A DNA stretch of 64,000 bases, taken from NCBI GenBank assembly GCA_015680685.1, contig MNCI01003033.1:11868-75867 (forward strand), in the 5' to 3' direction. Positions 24,457 to 38,078 of the stretch are shown in pieces. The notes under the pieces were generated by a model, which saw only the letters and a list, made by a program, of their open reading frames with translations, did not search any database and had not been told where the DNA came from. Numbering within the stretch: position 1 is the first letter of the stretch; every line of letters begins with the position of its first letter. This DNA comes from Gnetum montanum (lineage: Eukaryota; Plantae; Gnetophyta). Position numbers and translations under genes: made by a program.

Positions 24457-27400
24457 AATTATGTACCTAATGGTTTTGTATAGTATAGTGCAGGATTCTG
24501 ACTAAGGTGATTATGTGTTGTTTGGAATAAGGCATGATTCACATTTAACTTCTAAGATGCCAACAAACATATATAGAAGTGATTAGTCAAGTGCATTATG
24601 GTAGGAGCCTACTTTGGGGAGGACCCACTTGCATAATTGTTGTTGATCATGGCTTCAAAATAAAACCTCACATCTTTAAGGACATCATGGGTAGCTTCTC
24701 TAAATTTATGCATGATTTTGCGACTACTTCTCATCAATTTTGATTATCTTTAATGTATTTATATTGAAATTTCCTCTAAATTCAAAATTTCTTACTCACT
24801 TTTGGAACCACATGTTTTTCAATATTCCAATGCATTTGTAATATCTTGCAAACTAGACCTTTGGTTTTAGTTGTTTGAAAGCTTGTAAGCTTCCAAAGTC
24901 AAGCCAATTTATTGTAAGGGCTAAGGATGTAATTTTTGAAATTTTTTGTAACACCTCATTTCTAAACATTATGGTAACTAATAGTAAAAATAATCAAAAT
25001 GACTTGAACAACTTAATGATTTTAGTTACCTCATAGCCTCAGAAATAGTATTTCGTAATCACCTTAACCCTAAATGCTAAAATTTTTTTGACTTTTGGGC
25101 TAACTAAGGATCCAAGAAGGGTTAATCATTATGAAAAAAATTACGAGATAATGTTGAAAGGAATAGTGATGAGTGGTGGAGTAATCCAACACCCAGTTAT
25201 ATAAGACATGAGTGTTCACATGTAGCCCAATCATAATCTGTGGAAAAGGCAATGTGATTATGCTAGTAATTGGTTTGAGTTCATGACTATTTTCTTCTCA
25301 CATGGAGCTAGTATAATCTATCGATATGGTTTAGCTCTCAATGAGGTATATGATATATTGATGTTGTTAGGCCATGTTTCCTAACTACGATGGTAAAGTG
25401 TGAAAATAATTCTAAGTCTAAGGAAAATGGTAAATGAAGCCAATCTATCCCAAGGCAATGAGTATCCAATCATGGCTTATCGTACATGCCTTGGGCTCAT
25501 GTAACTATTACTGGGATTACCAAGTGTGTTCACTATTGAGTGAATCAAGTGAAACCACTACTGGGTTACCAAACAATTACACTTAAATGCTCGAAACTAT
25601 TCATACTCATTCTTCTTTATTAATGAACAAGGAAAGTAAAGTATTTGGAAATGTAAATGATTAAACTAAGAAAACAATAAAAACTATGCTAAGTAAAACA
25701 AGAAAACTAAGTGGAGTTTCAATGATGAAAAGCAATCTTGATCTTTATTTCTGGTCATGAATTGTGCCCAAGTACACTTCACTCGAATAAAGATTCTGGA
25801 CAATTGCTCAACAACACACTACAGGCATTCACTTTATTATAAAAGCTACAAAAACAAACTACAAGAATTTGGATAAGGATGGATGAAAATTATGTTGTAG
25901 CTAAATTATTTATTTTGTAGTGAAGACATATTTAGTTTAGAAGGACTTGGTCCAGACATGCCTAGAGAATGAGATGCTGATCATAGAGAATCATTACTTA
26001 CAGAATGTTGATGTGTAAGAATAGCAGATGCAAGAATTCATCCATTAACAATAGGTGTAGCTATCCACAGTAAACACTGAACTAAGAAGATTGGTAGCTA
26101 AAAATAGAAATCATTCTATGGAAGAAGTGCATGCCTTACATCAAAATCTACGATTGAGATTGCTCCTTAGAATAATGAGACTCTCAAATTTGAAACAATC
26201 AAGAATCACTACAAAGATTAAGATGGCCTACAGAAGAAAGTTAATAAAAAACACAGCCAAATGAATTTAAGGAAAAATTTAATGAGACCCTCTAGCAACT
26301 CTAGCAACGAAAAGAGGTGTGGTAACCTATCGTTGACGGGATAGATGCTTACAAAAAGTAGATATCTGCATGAAGAAGTTTTAGATTGAAGAGATGGCAT
26401 AATACATGGAGCTTTCCAATCTTCGATATGTAAACATACCAATGCTGACTATTAGACGACCATGATCAAAGCTAGAGAAATAGATGGCTAGCTTGTACTT
26501 GTTGTATGAGGTATAGTTCAAGCACCACAAGGAGACCAAACAAAAACTTGACATTACAAACATTGAACTCAAAGCTCTCAAGGCAAGATTCACTGATCAA
26601 AGATCATCTGCTAAGAACCTAGCTAGAAGAATGAACGATTTCCAGGAACTGTAGAATGCAATCATGATGTTCGACATTGAACACAAACAATTTGCTACTT
26701 GTTTTATTAATGTTAAGGAGTTGTTCCAAACAATGCCCTATCCTTGGGATGTGCCCATTCTGGCCCACATTGGTGAAGCTACATGAACTATGCATAATCC
26801 CAGGAGTAAGGAGGAGAAGATGAAAGCATTATTGAATGCTTTCCATTTTCACTAGAAGTTGCAATTGTAGTAGGACAACCACAATAGCCTCAACCACTGT
26901 GTGTGCCTGAAGCAAGAGAAGGTCTTTTAGAACCTCAAGAGCCTCCACCACCTAGAACTATTTAATGTTTGCCATCATCTTTGCACCAACAAAGGGATTG
27001 TGTTTATCAATTTTGTCTTGGTGTTTAATTTTGTAGTCCTGAACACCAAAAAATTTTGTAATGATTGTATATCCATACACTCAAGCACTTAGTGTTTGTT
27101 TCTATTTGTCATATGTCTGTTGTCAGTTAATAATTCCATACCTTCCCAAATTTGTAANAGTTTTCTTGCATGAAAGTTAATATTTTTCTAAGTACCTGTA
27201 ATAGGAGTCAAGAGTATATGGATCTTTATTCATTCACTATTTTGCTTGAGCACAACAACGTGCATAGTAATAAAGATGCACTTTCTGATAAACCTTGTAG
27301 CACTTCGAAATAGACTAATTATTAACTTATGCATTTACTATTTTTTGTAATTTTTTTAATGCTTCAAGTAATTAAATATTTAATTAATCTAAATTAAGCT

Positions 27401-28189
27401 AGGTTAAATAATGATTAATTAAGTACATAAGTATGACCACTTCAAGCATATGCTTGGCACTTGGTAATTCTAATAACACTTAACGTTTGGTAACATAATA
27501 GCATTAAATGTGTTTAGGATGTGTACGATAAGTGAGAACAAATACTTATGTTAGGATTAGTTAGGAGTAGCTCATTAGATTAAATTAGAAATTTAATTAC
27601 TCTATTTTATACATCATTCTCATCCTTAGGTGACTTAAAACAAAAAACATAAAAAATGATAAAAATCATATGCCTCAGTTGCACTTAACTATACCCTTGC
27701 ATTTCACAAGTGTAATTGGAAAGACAACAATTGCAATGGTTAGTTTCACTTCCTAGATACTAGTGTACTTAGAAGGCTATAAGTCCAGGGAATTCAACTA
27801 GATCATGCACAAATGCTTATTGATTCGTATGGCTAGGTGTAGGGGTACACGTCGCTCATCACATGGACAATATCCAATTCTTAGTCTTTCCAAACTATAT
27901 TTAAATAAATTTAAAAATTTGAGGGATAAGGTAAATAACCCATAATTTGCATGAAAACATATCTTCCAAAAATTTCATTAGTGATAGACTCATATAAATC
28001 ATCAAGCATCTTGTAAAATGGTAAAGAAGCAATAAATCTGCTTAAAGCATCACCCGCGAAATCTAGCAATATTGTAGGTAATTCCAAATAGATTCAATAG
28101 AGAAATGTCTACTTAAGATATGATTTATTGATCTAAGATGATTGAATATTAAGATTATTATAGGCTTGCTACTAGAACTCTACCGATGC
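24457..28189 (+). repeat. Segmental duplication, copy B
   Basis: Colinear with 10957-14911. ~30-bp deletion near 25145. ~190 bp is missing at the single N (27158), probably an assembly gap. Confidence 0.95.
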
Positions 28190-28199
28190 CTACGACATA

Positions 28200-30150
28200 A
28201 GGATGTCACAACAGTTTGTAGGTTTTTGGATCTAACAGGTTTTTATTGATGTTTTACTAAAGATTATTCTACTTTGGTAGTCTCTTTGATATATCTTTTA
28301 TAATAAAAATATGTTTTCAATTTTAATGAAAGATGTACAAAAGCTTTTCAAATACCAAAGATGTTATTAACAATGTTGCCTTTCCTATGACTCTGAGATG
28401 AAAATTTACTATTTAAAGTATCTACGGATGCCTACGACATAGGGATCAATAGAGTTATTTCACAAGAATATAAAGTGGTATGTTTTGAGTCTCATAAATT
28501 ACAAGGATTTGAGATAAATTATTTAATCTATGGTCTAGAATTATCAACAATTATACATGCTTTAAAAATTTGGAGGTACTACCTTGTGAAAAAAATATTT
28601 GTATTAAAAACAAATCATAAGAGTCTAGAATATCTACAAAGATAATCCATCTTGAACACAAGATAACATAGGTGGATGAAATTACTTTTTGAATATGATT
28701 TTGAGATTAAGTACATTCCAAGAAAATAAAATATAGTGGTAGAGGCCCTTAATCCTAGATGTGGAATTAAATGATTGGTGTTGTAATAACTCTTATGGAA
28801 GGAGAGACTAAGGATCTGATAAAGGAAGATTCTTATTTTAAGTAGATTTTAACTAATATAATCTTTGAACCTAATTACCATCTCTTTCTAGAAGGTCTAT
28901 TAATGAAGGGATAGAGAATGTGTATTTAGAAGGTACATGGAGATAGGAATTATTATCCAAAGCCTATGAAGTACCATACACTAGAAATCATGGATAGAAC
29001 AAAACCTATGTGATAATACACAAGTTTTATTTTTAGGTAGGGATAAAGAATGATATGTCCACTTACAATAGAAATTGTCTAACTTGTCAAAGAATGAAAG
29101 CTAAGTGAAGTAAAACCAAGTGGATTATTGAAACCTCTAAAAGTTGCAACATGGAAATGGAAAGATGTCACTATATAATTCATTGTAGAATTATCAATGA
29201 CCAAGAAGAAGAATGACTCAATCTTGGTTGTAGTTAATCATCTATCAAAGATGGCTCACTTTAGATCCTTGAAATATATAAATACAACAGAAGATGCAAC
29301 TCATAAATTTGTAGCAAAAGTATTTTAGCCACATGGATGTCCCAAATGAATCACATTAGATAGAGATCCTAAGTTTATTTTTAAATTTAAAACAAATTTA
29401 AGAAACTCAAAAGCTAATTGAAGTTCTACACTATGTACCATCCTAAAACTAATAGCCAATAGAATGAGTTAATAAGATATTGAATGATATTTTATGGAGT
29501 TACATTGGGAGGAGACCTATGACATGGGAAAGCTACTTACATTTGGTTGAATTTTCCTATAAAAAAAATTACTAAGGATCTACACATAAAACCTTATTTG
29601 AATACATGTACGAGTAAAATTTCCAAACATCATTAACTTGGGTAATCCTTGATCCTACCCTAAGAGTATAATGGAAGGAAGAAAAAATCAAATTCATGGA
29701 ATAGAATTTGCAAGTAGCCCAAGAGAAGTATAAGAGGTATGTAGATCAACATCATTTTAAAAAAGAGTTTCACATAGGATACTAGGTATTATTGATGGTT
29801 AAATCCACTAGACGTTCCTTAAATCTAGGAAGATATACCAAGTTAGCTTCTCAATATTATGGTCCTTTTATGATCTTAGAACAACTTGGTGAATCAACAT
29901 AAGACATTCCATGGAAGTTGACTTAGGAAGTTCCATAAGAATAAGGTACCTTACATATTGCATTGGAACACTCTACCCTTGAGATCTAACATTAGCTTTT
30001 AGGTTAAACCAATTATAATTAAGGATCATAGAATGAAGAAGCTTAGTAATGAAACCATTATCGAAGTACTTATCTAATGATCAAACTATGATCAACAAAC
30101 TTGGAAGAATAGGAAGTGTATCCAACTAATGTCCTCATATTTTTTGATCA
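28200..30150 (+). mobile_element. Decayed chromovirus-type Ty3/gypsy pol fragment (RH-INT-chromodomain)
   Basis: FLDLTGFY, STDAYDIG, KIWRYYL..KTNHKSLEYL, WKWKDVT..FIVEL, DRDPKF, YYGPF, and a terminal chromodomain-like stretch (KPIIIKDHRMKKL..IEVLI). Confidence 0.8.
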
Positions 30151-31339
30151 CCATGATAATGAATAAATAATTAATGTTTTCATTAATAGAGACTTGTTAG
30201 GATGTGAATTGATGCTCTTTGTTACTTGGTTTCCCTAATTTTCTGATTTAGACAGGTAGTTGTGAGCTCATGTGATCCATAGCTACCTACGGTCCAGAGT
30301 CATGAGACAGGATTGGATCTTTAATGAGTTTTGAACTCATAAAAGGAAAAATGTCCATATTACGACCATTGAGAGTTAATTTTTAGAAGATAGAAGACTA
30401 AGGAACAAGTGGAGTTAGCTTCAAATGAAGATGAGGGCAACACAGGAAGTTGGATTTGAGTTTGACAAGCTATTATAAGCTCATGTGATCCTCATGAGCT
30501 TGTAACATATAATTTATATTAGCTACAACTCACAACTAGTTGTAATTTATTCTTTAATTGAAAACTAGAATTCATCAGTGTGAGTTCCTATGACTCGAAT
30601 CTCTATCATAACCATAATAGATCTCTCAGCCTCATTGGTCACTTGACCATTTGGATTCAAATACTTGACTTTTGGAAATGGTTGATTGAGATTGTTGATC
30701 TTAGTTACTCGTAATGGTGTATTAACTTGATGATTCTTCATCAGACCCTAAGCTACAACCTAGCTGCAGCTCACACCTAGGTCATAGTCATTAGCTAGAA
30801 GTTGTTGCAACCACTAACTAAAGTTGTTTTAGCATCAAATCGAAGTAGAACTATAAAGACTCAAGAAAAGAGAATAGTAAAGGAGAAGAAGAGCAACAAA
30901 GATAAATAATCAAAGAGTTTTTTAAGATATAGATATTAAGAATAAATTGAATTATTTGAATGATGTTGTTTGTATTAAAGATTGAATAATAAGAGAGTCA
31001 TTTCTTCTTGTTTAGGAGTGAATTAATGTTAGGTGTTCTTTGTCATAATTTTGGTAACTTAACCTCATGTAGGTTATAGTCCTTTGTTTAATTGATGCTC
31101 ACATTCTATAGTGCAAGAACACAAGAATTGGGTAAGACTATTATTAAATTAATATGTAGTTTCTTATGTGTAGATGATAATGATGATAATAATGGAGCTG
31201 AAAATAAGAAGCTTAATAAGGAAGTAATTGTAGAATAGCTAAATTGAAACATCCCCAAAGAAAATTCATGTTGTAGCCCATAGCCAAAATTCTTTGTAAT
31301 TTGATGAGAAAATAAAGGCAAATGCAATTATCTTATTTC

Positions 31340-34300
31340 CCCCAAAATCATGCATTATGGCCCTATATTACTAGAATTTAAAGTAGTTTTTAATTTAAAA
31401 TATGAGATGTGCAACCTATATGCTATAGATATAATATGTTTCAGCTTGTAGAGGCTAAAAAATGCTTCACAAGCCATAAATGCCTTATCTCCCAGCTTGC
31501 GGAAGCTACAAAACCCATGTATTCTAGCTTGAGGAGGTTAAAAGTAATTCAAAAGCTACTAAAATTTGATATTTTAACCTCATACATTGAGCATTGCAAT
31601 TTTTTATGTTGGACAACCCACAAAGACAATATGCAAGATTTGGCTATTAATCTTGTATGCTAGGCATAGAAATTCTATATGTTGGGTTGTGTACATAGGT
31701 AGCTTACGAAAAACAAAGAATTAGATAAAATTATTTGTATGATGCATCCAATAATTTTTTAGCAATCATGATAGAATTAACTAGCAACAAGATAGGGACC
31801 CAAGGCCTATTTAAAAAATGATCTATTTCATTGTAAGGAGTTTTAGCATTTTGCATCTACATTGAACCTGAGACTTTCAAGCATTGTAGACATCCAAGAG
31901 TCCACTATGACCATAATCATTTTTCCACAATGTAGACCACCAAAGCAAACAAGTGAAGTTAAAGAGTAGATCTATGCAAATATGTTACAAAATACACCCT
32001 ATGATTGTATCAAAGCCTAAGGGTGTTATTCCACCTTTTGGATTTTCCAAAACCCATAATCTATATCTCCCAAACATTTACTTGTAACATTTTATTTCAA
32101 AGCATTAATATCAAAGTTGTAGTTCTACCTTTGTTTTCTCATTTTTAACCTATTGTCCTATTATAGCCTTCTATGTTGTGTTTTAAAATTAAGGTGATCG
32201 TTCATATTTGTTCTTTGCCTTGTAACAAATCCACTAAGTCCTCATTTGATCAGCAAGACTATTTGAGACACTTGTATATCCTTCTCGAGGCCCATGGATT
32301 TTTGGGTTAAACTGTTTTGACAAGGATCTTTGGCCCTCCATCACTAAATTTTTTCCATTGCTATAGTTTTTGGCACTAGAAGGATAGCCTTTGCTCAACT
32401 TCTTTGCAAAAACCTATTGTGAAATTTTTCATTAGTGTTGGCTTTATCCCAACATGTGAATTGCAATTTATTTTGACTTTATTTAATCTTTACATTAGTG
32501 TTGAGTCTTCTCAAAGTCTAGCATCTCCTGCACTGCCTTTGTAGTTGCAGCATATACTACAAATCCTTATTTACACCATTCACATTTTATAGTTTCCTAG
32601 CCATTTTCATTTAGTAAATTTTAAGGAAAAAGTTTCACTTTGCACTGCAATATAGTTATGGCTAAGGCTTTCATATGCTGTGTATGCTAAATCCTTCATA
32701 TGTTGTGTACACTAAAGCTTTCATATGCTAGGTTTGGTGTACGCTAAAGCTTTCGTATGTTGTGTACACTAAAGCTTTTGTATGCTATGTATGGTATACG
32801 CTAAAGCTTTCATATGTTGTGTATGCTAAAGATTTTATATGTTGTGTATGCTAAAGCTTTAGCATGTTGTATATGTTAAAGCTTTTGTATGCTATGTATG
32901 CTAAATATTTTGTATGCTATATATGCTAAAGCTTTTGTATGCTCTGTATGCTAAAGCTTTCATATGCTAAATCTTTCATTTGCTTCATATGCTAAAGATT
33001 TAATATGTTTTGTAGTTAATGCTTTATATGATGAAGCTTTCATTTACTTCGTATGATAAAGCTTTCATATGCTGAGACTACTTCATACACTAGGATTACT
33101 TGCATCATATGTTAGGATTGTCTCATAAGCTAAGACTCCCATACGTTGAGCAGTCTCATATGCTAAGCCTTCTAGCCTACTGCTTAGTTTAACATTTCAT
33201 TGATGCCTTTTCACTAGTTGACTGTATTATCCCTTAACCTTACATATATGGCCCCTAACCAAGGAGTTCACATCTATGATCCAAAATTCCTAGCAGTCAT
33301 AGAATGTAGGTAATCACTTAGACAGAGAGAAAAGAACCTAGACTTCACAATTATAAACAAGAAATTTTGTAACTTTCTTTATGCCAAGATATAGGTAGGC
33401 CTCCTCATACCATGCTTTGATTCTAACATTATGTATTAATTTAAAATCATACATCAAGATGGGAAAGAATACTATTTCTAACCTTATGACAAAATACCTT
33501 TAACCAATTTCTATGTCCACATGTTAATACAACATAGAAACATCAATGAGTGGAGTGAAAAGATTAGTTTAGATAAACATCAAAAGGAGTAATATGAATT
33601 TGATGTGGACCAAGAGCTGAACATCTTTTTTGGAAGCCTCTTCCAAAAATTGGCTCCCAAAACAATGGTTCCTAGCTTTGCATCTTCCATATCATCTATG
33701 AAAAAAGTTCCTTGATCTTTTCCTATTTATTTCATCATGTTTGGGGCAATTCCTATCATTTCCATGCACTAAGCTCAACCTATGTTCCAACCTACCTCCC
33801 TCTTTTCATCGATGTCCTTTGTAGCACAACCTTTCTCCGTGCATCCATCACCAATAGTATCTACCACACACCATCCTTTCTCCATAGCAATGGATCCCTC
33901 TATGGGACCTTAGGCCATGCAAACTTCCCACACCTCCTTTTTCCCTTTCCTCCCTCAAGTTCCAACACAAACATCCTTCTCTTTATTTAACCCTCCTACC
34001 ACAATGATCACCTAGCCCCTTCCATCAATACCACTACCCATCATGCAGCCCCAAGCCTCTCAACTTCCACCACAACCATTTTTTCAAACTCCCCAACTTA
34101 GAAGGATGTCCTAAGTCCTGGATCAAGCCTTCCAAATGATCCAAGATCTCACTGAAGAGTTTTAGAAGCTTAAAGCCTCCACTACCTAGACAATTAAGAT
34201 TATGGACTTCTACCAAGATGATTCCATTAGTCCTACCATCCTACAGATAGCTCTTTTTACTAGCATCCCAATTTTCAATTTCACCAAGTACCATGGTGAG

Positions 34301-36750
34301 GATGATTCTAACTTACACCTCATTACCTTCAAATTTGAGTGCTTATTACTATAAGCTTTATCCCACACTATTATGCATGGATATCTTGGATTGATATTGT
34401 GCATTACTTAGATGTTCTATTACCTCCCTAGAGTACTTGATCTCACAGTTTGTTGATTGCTTCAATTATAACTTAAAACTTGACACAATGCTTGACCAAT
34501 TGATGAAAGTTAAACAGGGGTCCCATGAACCTATATAGAAGTTCACACATAAATGGAATGCTCTCCATAATCAGATTTCCAAACCCATTGCTAAGACATA
34601 TCTTTTGGCCATATTTAAGAAGGTGGTTAGTGAATTTATCAAGTTCAAATTATATCACTTAGAGCCCCAATCACTAAGCCAAGCCTTTTCACAAACTAAA
34701 AACATTGAGGAAGCAGCTGAGGCTAGTAACAATGTGGCCTATAAAAACCAACATACAAGGAGGGATAGGGAGAACACTAAGCAAGAATAAACAAAAGTGA
34801 TTGAAATATCCAAGGATACAAAGTAAGAAAAAAGGTAAAGATCACTGCCATGTAGCACATCTTTTGACACATCACAACCATTCACTACCTATGTCCCAAA
34901 TTAACCAAGACCAAACTTTGGGCGGAGTGATAGGACTAAGTATGCTAGGTTGCCTATGAAGCCCTCTAAGATTTTAGAATAGCTACTTAAAGATAATCAT
35001 ATACAACATAAGCAACTATTTAAATAAGCTTGTAAAAGGCATGATATTCTTTGTGACATAACTAGAGACCCAATGATTGCTATCAAAGATGATCCGAAGC
35101 TACCAAAGTACTTCAAATTGGATAGGTTTTGCCATTATCATCAAATGGTTGGTTATGATATCAATTTTTTCCTAGCATTGAAAAATGACATCTAGAAGAT
35201 CATTAACTATGGATAACTAGTGTTGAATGAGCCTAACTCTTCAAATATCAATAACTCCTACACTGTAGCCTCATTCACAACAACCAAATGGTCTGATCCT
35301 CCTACACAACCATTTGTTTTGAAAGTATCATCTCAACCTTAGAACATAAACCCTAAAGCCCCCTTCATCATCAAGGTACCGCCACCTTGAGCCCCTAAGA
35401 AGCCTTTTATCATATGTTTCCCACATTCAATCACATCAACGTCACAACCCAAACAATGCATTATGAATGCTTCTAAGGTTAAGGAACCATTTTTTATTTA
35501 GGTTCCTCCACCTTTAGCAAGCCAATCCATAACAAATCATGATCAAAGCTTACCTATAGGGGATAATAATTCAATAATTAACAAGAAACCATCATTGCAA
35601 AAGTGACAAAAATAACGTGTCATCAAACCAACAACTAATCTCACTGAAGGTAGCTAAGAACAAAAGGCTTGGAAACAAGTTGATCCATCGAGACCTATAC
35701 CAATATTAGCTACACCCATGGACAAGGGGGCCAAGGCACATACTTTGAAACATGAGCCACAAACTCTTGGAAGGATGGAGGAAATTAAGACCACTAATGT
35801 TGAAAGATCACACATCAAGGAAAAGAATTTCCTCGCAACATTGGAACAAGTCAAACAGTCCCTGAAACAAAAGAACATATTGTTGAACTTATATGACCTG
35901 GTCATGACTTATCATGCTCATAGAGATGCACTAGTTCAATTATTGACCTCCATCTCCATGAGCAAAGACATGCTTGTCAACAAAGAGTTAATTTACTCTA
36001 TCATTGAGCAAGCTTTACTTAGGGAAAACAAACATCAACCCATGCTCAACTTTCATGACAACAAAGTGAAGATTGACTTATGAAGTAGAGAAGAACTTTA
36101 TGTTTCTCTCCTTATTTTCATACATGTTGGCATGTACAAGGTTCATCGTGTTCATGTGGGTGATGGGATGACAACCAACATGATACCATACATTATCGTT
36201 GAGAAACTAGGCTTAACCGAAAACATTCAAGAAACCTTTACCTTTGTATTGAAGTCATTCAATGAGTCATGAGTAGTAGTTCAAGTTTCTATCTCCATGG
36301 ATTTTGTAGCTAGAGAATAATTCCCTACATTCGTCAACTTCCTAGTAGTCGAAGAGACACTTGGTTTCAACTTGATCTTGGGAAGGCCATGATTAACAAA
36401 GCTTTGGATGGTCTCATCTCCTATACAATAGGAGATCCACTTACCATACGATGGTGGGAAAATAGTGATTTTCAAGGACAACACATGTTCACCATTTGTC
36501 AACAATGTCAACATTGACTGAGGTTCGAAGGTGGAGTTTCAAGAGGAAACTCTTGATACTTAGGCTGGGGCCAACAATAAAAACAACTACAATGTTAGTA
36601 ACACCAACTCTATAACACAAGATGAACAAAGAAAATGCTTGCAACTTGCCATGCTAAAAAAGAGAGATGGTGAGCATGGGATCATGTAGAAGGGGTTCTT
36701 TGATATATCAAGGATCAAGCAACAAATTCACTGTCAACATATTGTCCCCT
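31340..36750 (+). mobile_element. Decayed Tat/Ogre-type gypsy: 5' LTR (to ~32365), PBS, repeat-rich leader, gag-protease
   Basis: PBS-like tggcactagaagga (32371-32384). Gag FTKYHGEDDSNLHL, CHYHQMVGY knuckle remnant, protease remnant VHRVHVGDG...FNLILGRP. LTR start is uncertain. Confidence 0.7.
32655..33170 (+). repeat. Degenerate ~26-bp tandem repeat (tatgctaaagcttttgtatgctgtg-like) in the retrotransposon leader
   Basis: Repeated gctaaagcttt(c/t)(a/g)tatg units. Confidence 0.9.
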
Positions 36751-37454
36751 CCTTTATTAGCTCTTGCTTGTCTATTTTGGTGACCTTATACCATGTTTCA
36801 GTGTTTTTTTATTCTTGTATTTTCTTTCAAGATTATTCCATGCTTGTTAAGAAATTACCTTAGCCCACCAAGGCCTAAAATTGGCAACACACAACCTGCC
36901 AAGGCCTAAAACTGGCAACATGATGGCCTATAAGGGCCTAAAATTGGTAAATATGTAGCCTTACTTTTTTCCCCTTACCCATGCATTGCCACATCTTTGC
37001 ATTACCAACTCTAGATGTCATAGAAATTGGTAAAATAGATAAACTAGAACCAATGCCATCCAAGAATACATCTTCTAAATTATCCAACATAACATTATCC
37101 AAATCATCAACAATTTCCTTACATGTTATTTGAGTAGCGTAGAGTTGGGTTTTAATCTTGTACGTTGGGCATGAAAATTTTGTACACTGGGTAGTGTACA
37201 TAGGCCACATACGGAGAGTAAAGAATTAAATAGAATTATTCATACATAGCATGCAAGTGTTCTAGGTACAACAGAAGGTGCCAGAAGCAATCATGACAGA
37301 ATTAACTGGCAAAAAGAGAGTGACCTAAGGCTTATTTAAACAACGATCTATTTCATCTACATAGAACTTGAGACTTTCTAGCATTGTAAACACATAAGAG
37401 TCCACTATGATCATCATCATTTTTCCACAACACAGACCACTAGAGTAGACAAAC

Positions 37455-38078
37455 GGAGTCCACATTCCATGTACAATACCAAGAATGTGATAACAAATTT
37501 GTCCCAAATTACATGGTGGTGATACACTAACATCTGGCTTTTGTTTCAATATAACTGGCATCTGAGCAATATCATTTACTTCACTGATTGAGAATTTTCT
37601 TTCTGAAAGCATTCTATATATGTTGTATATTTCCTTGCACACTAAAAACACTTCAACATCCATACCAAAAAAATGCAAGAATGAATCCTTCTCCATGTTA
37701 TTCTCTAATTCATTTGCCTCCTTTAATTCCTGTTCTTATTCTTGAAAAAGTTGTTCAACTCTTCCATTCAGCATGGCAAACTCATCTAGTTTTGTATACA
37801 ACAATGACAGTGTTTAAAGTTCTAACTTTATCTGGTACATTCCTAGTGGTTTAGCCAATGGAGCAAAGATTTCCAGTGTTTCTGAAGCAATGCTGAATTA
37901 TTTATGTGGTGGCATAGGACATAAAGTAAGCAGATTGTGTAACCGGTCAACAAGTTTAACAATAATAACACAAACCTCTTCTACCAGGGCAAGAAACATT
38001 TGACTTAGGTCATTAGCATTAGCATCCTGTGCAGAGTTTTTTAATGTTTTGCACTGTAATTTACCAATTTTCGAAACC
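37455..38078 (-). pseudogene. RSH1: Processed (intronless) fragment of a plant RelA/SpoT homolog (RSH1-type), HD-domain end to synthetase region
   Basis: VSKIGKL..DLSQMFLALVEEVCVIIVKLVDRLHNLLTLCPMPPHK*..IASETLEIFAPLAKPLGMYQIK...VCKEIYNIY...QICYHILGIVHGMWTP is colinear with plant RSH1 (VIIVKLADRLHNMRTL, ETLQVFAPLAKLLG, QICYHVLGLVH). It has stops and no introns. Confidence 0.88.

Noticed and set aside
32655-33170. CRISPR-like array
   Set aside because: Degenerate tandem units without unique spacers, in a eukaryotic TE context with no cas genes.
37455-38078. Bacterial relA/spoT horizontal transfer
   Set aside because: The sequence follows plant RSH1-specific segments (PPCNLGQICYHILG), so a host retrocopy is the simpler explanation.
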